Assembly (NCBI RefSeq): GCF_044324785.1
Contig: NZ_CP172127.1
Reading direction: 5' to 3' (one strand)
DNA: 64,000 nt
Source of the DNA: Escherichia coli
Lineage (GTDB): Bacteria > Pseudomonadota > Gammaproteobacteria > Enterobacterales > Enterobacteriaceae
Below the pieces are notes generated by a model. It saw nothing but the letters and a program-made list of their open reading frames with translations, made no database searches and had not been told where the DNA came from. Made by a program: the position numbers and the translations under genes. Positions 60,684 through 64,000 of this stretch are shown piece by piece (the first letter of the stretch is position 1; every line of letters begins with the position of its first letter).

Positions 60684-61861
60684 ACATCTTTAATCCGCAG
60701 TAAGCAAAACAGAGTGGCGATAATCATCACCATCGCAAACCAGAACACAGCGTGATAATTCCAGATCTCGGCGACGATGCCCGCCACTGATCCTGCGATG
60801 ATCCAGCCTACGCGCGAAGTGTTGGTATAGAGCGTGGTGGCTGAACCTGCCTGACCGGGCATTAAATCCTGAAAATAGAGCATCCCAATGCCGCCCAGAA
60901 TGCCAATAAAAATAGCATTTAGCAGCTGCAAGCCCAACAGAATGGCAGGTGAATGCGCCATCAGCATTCCTGCGTAAAAACAGACGCCACCCACGGCAGC
61001 AACGCGCATTAAGAAGCGCTTGCCCAGACGTTTGGCGAAATATCCGGCAATCAACATGGTCGGAATTTCCAGCCCGGCGGCGGTCCCCATCATCACACCG
61101 GCCAGTTTCTCGGGAAGATGCAGTTCGTTGATAATAAATAGCGGCATGTTGATGATGTACAGGCTGTTCGAGCCCCACATCAATGTACAAATGACAAACA
61201 GCAGCAGTGTATCGCGACGGTTACGGCGCGGCGCTTCAACCGTGCCGGTCGCCAGCGGAAGTTCTTTTTGCATCGACGGTAAAAACAGCCACACCATCAC
61301 GCCGCAAACAATAAACGCTACCGCTGCGCTCAGATACATTACCGTAAAGCTGAAACCCATCGCTAAGGCATAAGCCAGCGGCGGGCCAATGACCCATGCC
61401 AGTGAAACCTGAGCGCGTAAAAAAGAGCTGAACATCACCGCTTCACGTCCGGTTTTGTCAGCATGTTCACGGGCAAGGGCAAACATTTGCGGGTTAGCGG
61501 TCGAGCCAAAGCTGCTAAGAAAGACGCCAACGAATAGCAAAACAAAGTAGTTGCGATTCCAGGCAAAAAGGGTGCAGGCCAGCACGCCTAACAGGCAGCA
61601 AAAGACAATCAGCGATTTGCGATCGCCGCGCTTATCAGAGCGCCCGGCGAGAAACTGACTGACCAGAATCCCAATGACAGCGCTGCCGGTAAAGAAGAAT
61701 CCCACCATCGCTGGACGGGCATGTACTTCATCGGTAAGAAAAATGCTGAGTGTCGGGGTTTGCAGAGCGCCCGCAATACCGGTGAGAAAGGCAACGATTA
61801 AAAACGCCGTCGAGGTCAGGTCAAACGATTTCGCGCTGGAGACTGCGGGGGAGTTATGCAT
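60680..61861 (-). CDS. setB: MFS sugar efflux transporter SetB, 393 aa
   Basis: 12-TM MFS transporter, [21 protein letters not shown]... Confidence 0.9.
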
Positions 61862-62128
61862 GCTGGTCGATCACTGGAAGAGGAAGACGCGGAGTTTACG
61901 CTGCTTGTCAGAAAATAAACAGACAGCGAAATCAAAAGCGCCACGAATAATCAAAATGCCATTTCACTGTTGCTGATTGGCTGCTGACGCTGCTGAAATG
62001 AAATTGCTGATAACGGATTTTCCCATCAGCAATTAGGAAAAATGACAAAAAATTGTGCAGCACATCAAACTTTTGCTCATAACTTTACGGCTTTCCTTGC
62101 GTGCTGAAACAGAAGTATTATGCTTTCT

Positions 62129-62142
62129 TGAAACGTTTCAGC
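62129..62142 (+). promoter_or_regulatory. Cra (FruR) operator, distal
   Basis: TGAAACGTTTCAGC palindrome in the fruB promoter region. Confidence 0.65.
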
Positions 62143-62193
62143 GCGATCTTGTCTTTAACCCTAAGCCAGGTTGGCGCTTTTTTTCTCATAGAA

Positions 62194-62214
62194 GCTGAAT
62201 CGTTTCAATTCAGC
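62194..62214 (+). promoter_or_regulatory. Cra (FruR) operator, proximal
   Basis: GCTGAATCGTTTCAATTCAGC, 15 bp upstream of the fruB ATG. Confidence 0.7.
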
Positions 62215-62228
62215 AAGAGAGGAGAACT

Positions 62229-63359
62229 ATGTTCCAGTTATCCGTACAGGACATCCATCCGGGCGAAAAGGCCGGAGACAAAGAAGAGGCTATTCGCCAA
62301 GTCGCTGCGGCGCTGGTGCAGGCCGGTAATGTAGCTGAAGGCTACGTCAATGGCATGCTGGCGCGCGAACAGCAAACCTCTACGTTCCTCGGCAATGGTA
62401 TTGCTATTCCACACGGCACTACCGACACCCGCGATCAGGTGCTGAAAACCGGCGTTCAGGTATTTCAGTTCCCGGAAGGCGTCACCTGGGGTGACGGCCA
62501 GGTAGCGTACGTGGCGATCGGTATTGCTGCCAGCTCGGATGAACATTTGGGCCTGCTACGCCAGCTGACCCACGTACTGAGCGATGATTCCGTTGCTGAA
62601 CAACTGAAGTCAGCAACAACAGCAGAAGAACTTCGCGCATTGCTGATGGGCGAAAAGCAGAGTGAGCAGCTGAAGCTCGACAACGAAATGCTGACGCTGG
62701 ATATCGTCGCCAGCGATCTGCTGACTCTTCAGGCGCTGAACGCTGCTCGTCTGAAAGAGGCGGGGGCAGTTGACGCCACTTTCGTCACCAAAGCCATCAA
62801 TGAACAACCGCTGAACCTCGGACAGGGTATCTGGCTGAGCGATAGCGCCGAAGGCAATCTGCGTAGCGCGATTGCGGTAAGCCGTGCGGCAAATGCTTTT
62901 GATGTGGACGGCGAAACGGCAGCCATGCTGGTGAGTGTGGCGATGAATGACGATCAGCCCATTGCGGTTCTTAAGCGTCTCGCTGATTTGTTACTCGACA
63001 ATAAAGCTGACCGCTTGCTGAAAGCGGATGCGGCAACGTTGCTGGCGCTGCTGACCAGCGATGATGCGCCGACCGACGACGTGTTAAGCGCGGAGTTTGT
63101 GGTGCGCAATGAACACGGCCTGCATGCTCGTCCAGGTACCATGCTGGTCAATACCATTAAACAATTTAACAGTGATATTACCGTGACAAACCTTGATGGC
63201 ACCGGCAAACCGGCAAACGGACGTAGTCTGATGAAAGTTGTGGCACTTGGCGTTAAGAAAGGTCATCGCCTACGCTTTACCGCCCAGGGTGCAGATGCTG
63301 AACAGGCGCTGAAAGCCATTGGCGACGCTATCGCTGCTGGTCTTGGGGAGGGCGCATAA
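62229..63359 (+). CDS. fruB: Fructose PTS multiphosphoryl transfer protein FruB (EIIA-M-FPr), 376 aa
   Basis: [22 protein letters not shown]... EIIA(Fru) domain and a C-terminal HPr-like domain ([14 protein letters not shown]). Confidence 0.92.
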
Positions 63360-64000
63360 TGAGCAGACGTGTTGCTACTATCACCCTTAATCCGGCTTAT
63401 GACCTTGTTGGTTTCTGCCCGGAAATTGAACGCGGCGAAGTGAACCTGGTGAAAACCACCGGTCTGCATGCGGCGGGTAAAGGCATCAACGTGGCCAAAG
63501 TATTAAAAGACCTGGGAATTGATGTCACCGTTGGTGGCTTCCTCGGTAAAGACAATCAGGATGGTTTTCAGCAACTGTTCAGCGAGCTGGGCATTGCCAA
63601 CCGTTTCCAGGTTGTACAGGGGCGCACCCGAATTAACGTTAAGCTGACGGAAAAAGACGGCGAAGTGACCGACTTCAACTTCTCGGGTTTTGAAGTCACT
63701 CCCGCCGACTGGGAACGCTTTGTGACTGATTCTCTGAGCTGGCTCGGTCAGTTCGATATGGTCTGTGTCAGCGGAAGCTTACCGTCAGGCGTCAGCCCGG
63801 AAGCGTTCACCGACTGGATGACTCGCCTGCGTAGTCAGTGTCCTTGCATTATCTTTGATAGTAGCCGTGAAGCGTTAGTGGCAGGTTTGAAAGCGGCACC
63901 GTGGCTGGTGAAACCTAACCGCCGCGAGCTGGAAATCTGGGCAGGCCGTAAACTGCCTGAAATGAAAGATGTGATTGAAGCTGCGCATGCGCTGCGTGAA
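63359..64000 (+). CDS. fruK: 1-phosphofructokinase FruK, N-terminal part; 3' end beyond the window
   Basis: [49 protein letters not shown]... pfkB-family kinase overlapping the fruB stop. Confidence 0.9.
   Translation, partial: MSRRVATITLNPAYDLVGFCPEIERGEVNLVKTTGLHAAGKGINVAKVLKDLGIDVTVGGFLGKDNQDGFQQLFSELGIANRFQVVQGRTRINVKLTEKDGEVTDFNFSGFEVTPADWERFVTDSLSWLGQFDMVCVSGSLPSGVSPEAFTDWMTRLRSQCPCIIFDSSREALVAGLKAAPWLVKPNRRELEIWAGRKLPEMKDVIEAAHALRE

Noticed and set aside
60690-61190. 166-aa ORF inside setB, same strand but different frame
   Set aside because: It is out of frame within a recognisable MFS transporter gene and its translation is Arg/Gly-rich low-complexity sequence; an alternative-frame artefact.

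Overview
This window reads as a contiguous stretch of Escherichia coli chromosome, in reverse orientation relative to the K-12 map (roughly the rcsC to fruB interval). I identified genes by recognising their translated products and their order from memory; no database search was run, and coordinates come from the ORF track with starts adjusted where a known N-terminus was recognisable. Gene order: yfaS (5' end outside the window)-yfaQ-yfaP, rcsC, an IS3-family insertion sequence, rcsB-rcsD, micF, ompC, apbE, ada-alkB, yojI, mqo, eco, napFDAGHBC-ccmABCDEFGH, narP, yejO, proL tRNA, yejM-yejL, yejK, rplY, yejH(radD), rsuA, bcr, yejG, yejFEBA, pdeN(rtn), mepS(spr), lpxT, yeiR, yeiQ, yeiP, yeiW, setB, fruB and the start of fruK. 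I did not find a convincing previously undescribed multi-gene system. Every ORF over about 100 aa that is not a recognised gene lies antisense to, or out of frame within, a recognised gene. There is no CRISPR array, no integrase or prophage module, and no unexplained accessory island. What is worth a second look is strain-level variation relative to K-12: (1) a 1432-bp IS3-family element, consistent with IS1397, inserted in a REP palindromic unit between convergent rcsC and rcsB; (2) yfaP sits 275 bp from rcsC with no atoSCDAEB operon between them; (3) yfaS and yejO appear as intact reading frames, whereas K-12 carries them as pseudogenes; (4) an ompC allele 8 codons longer than the K-12 one.
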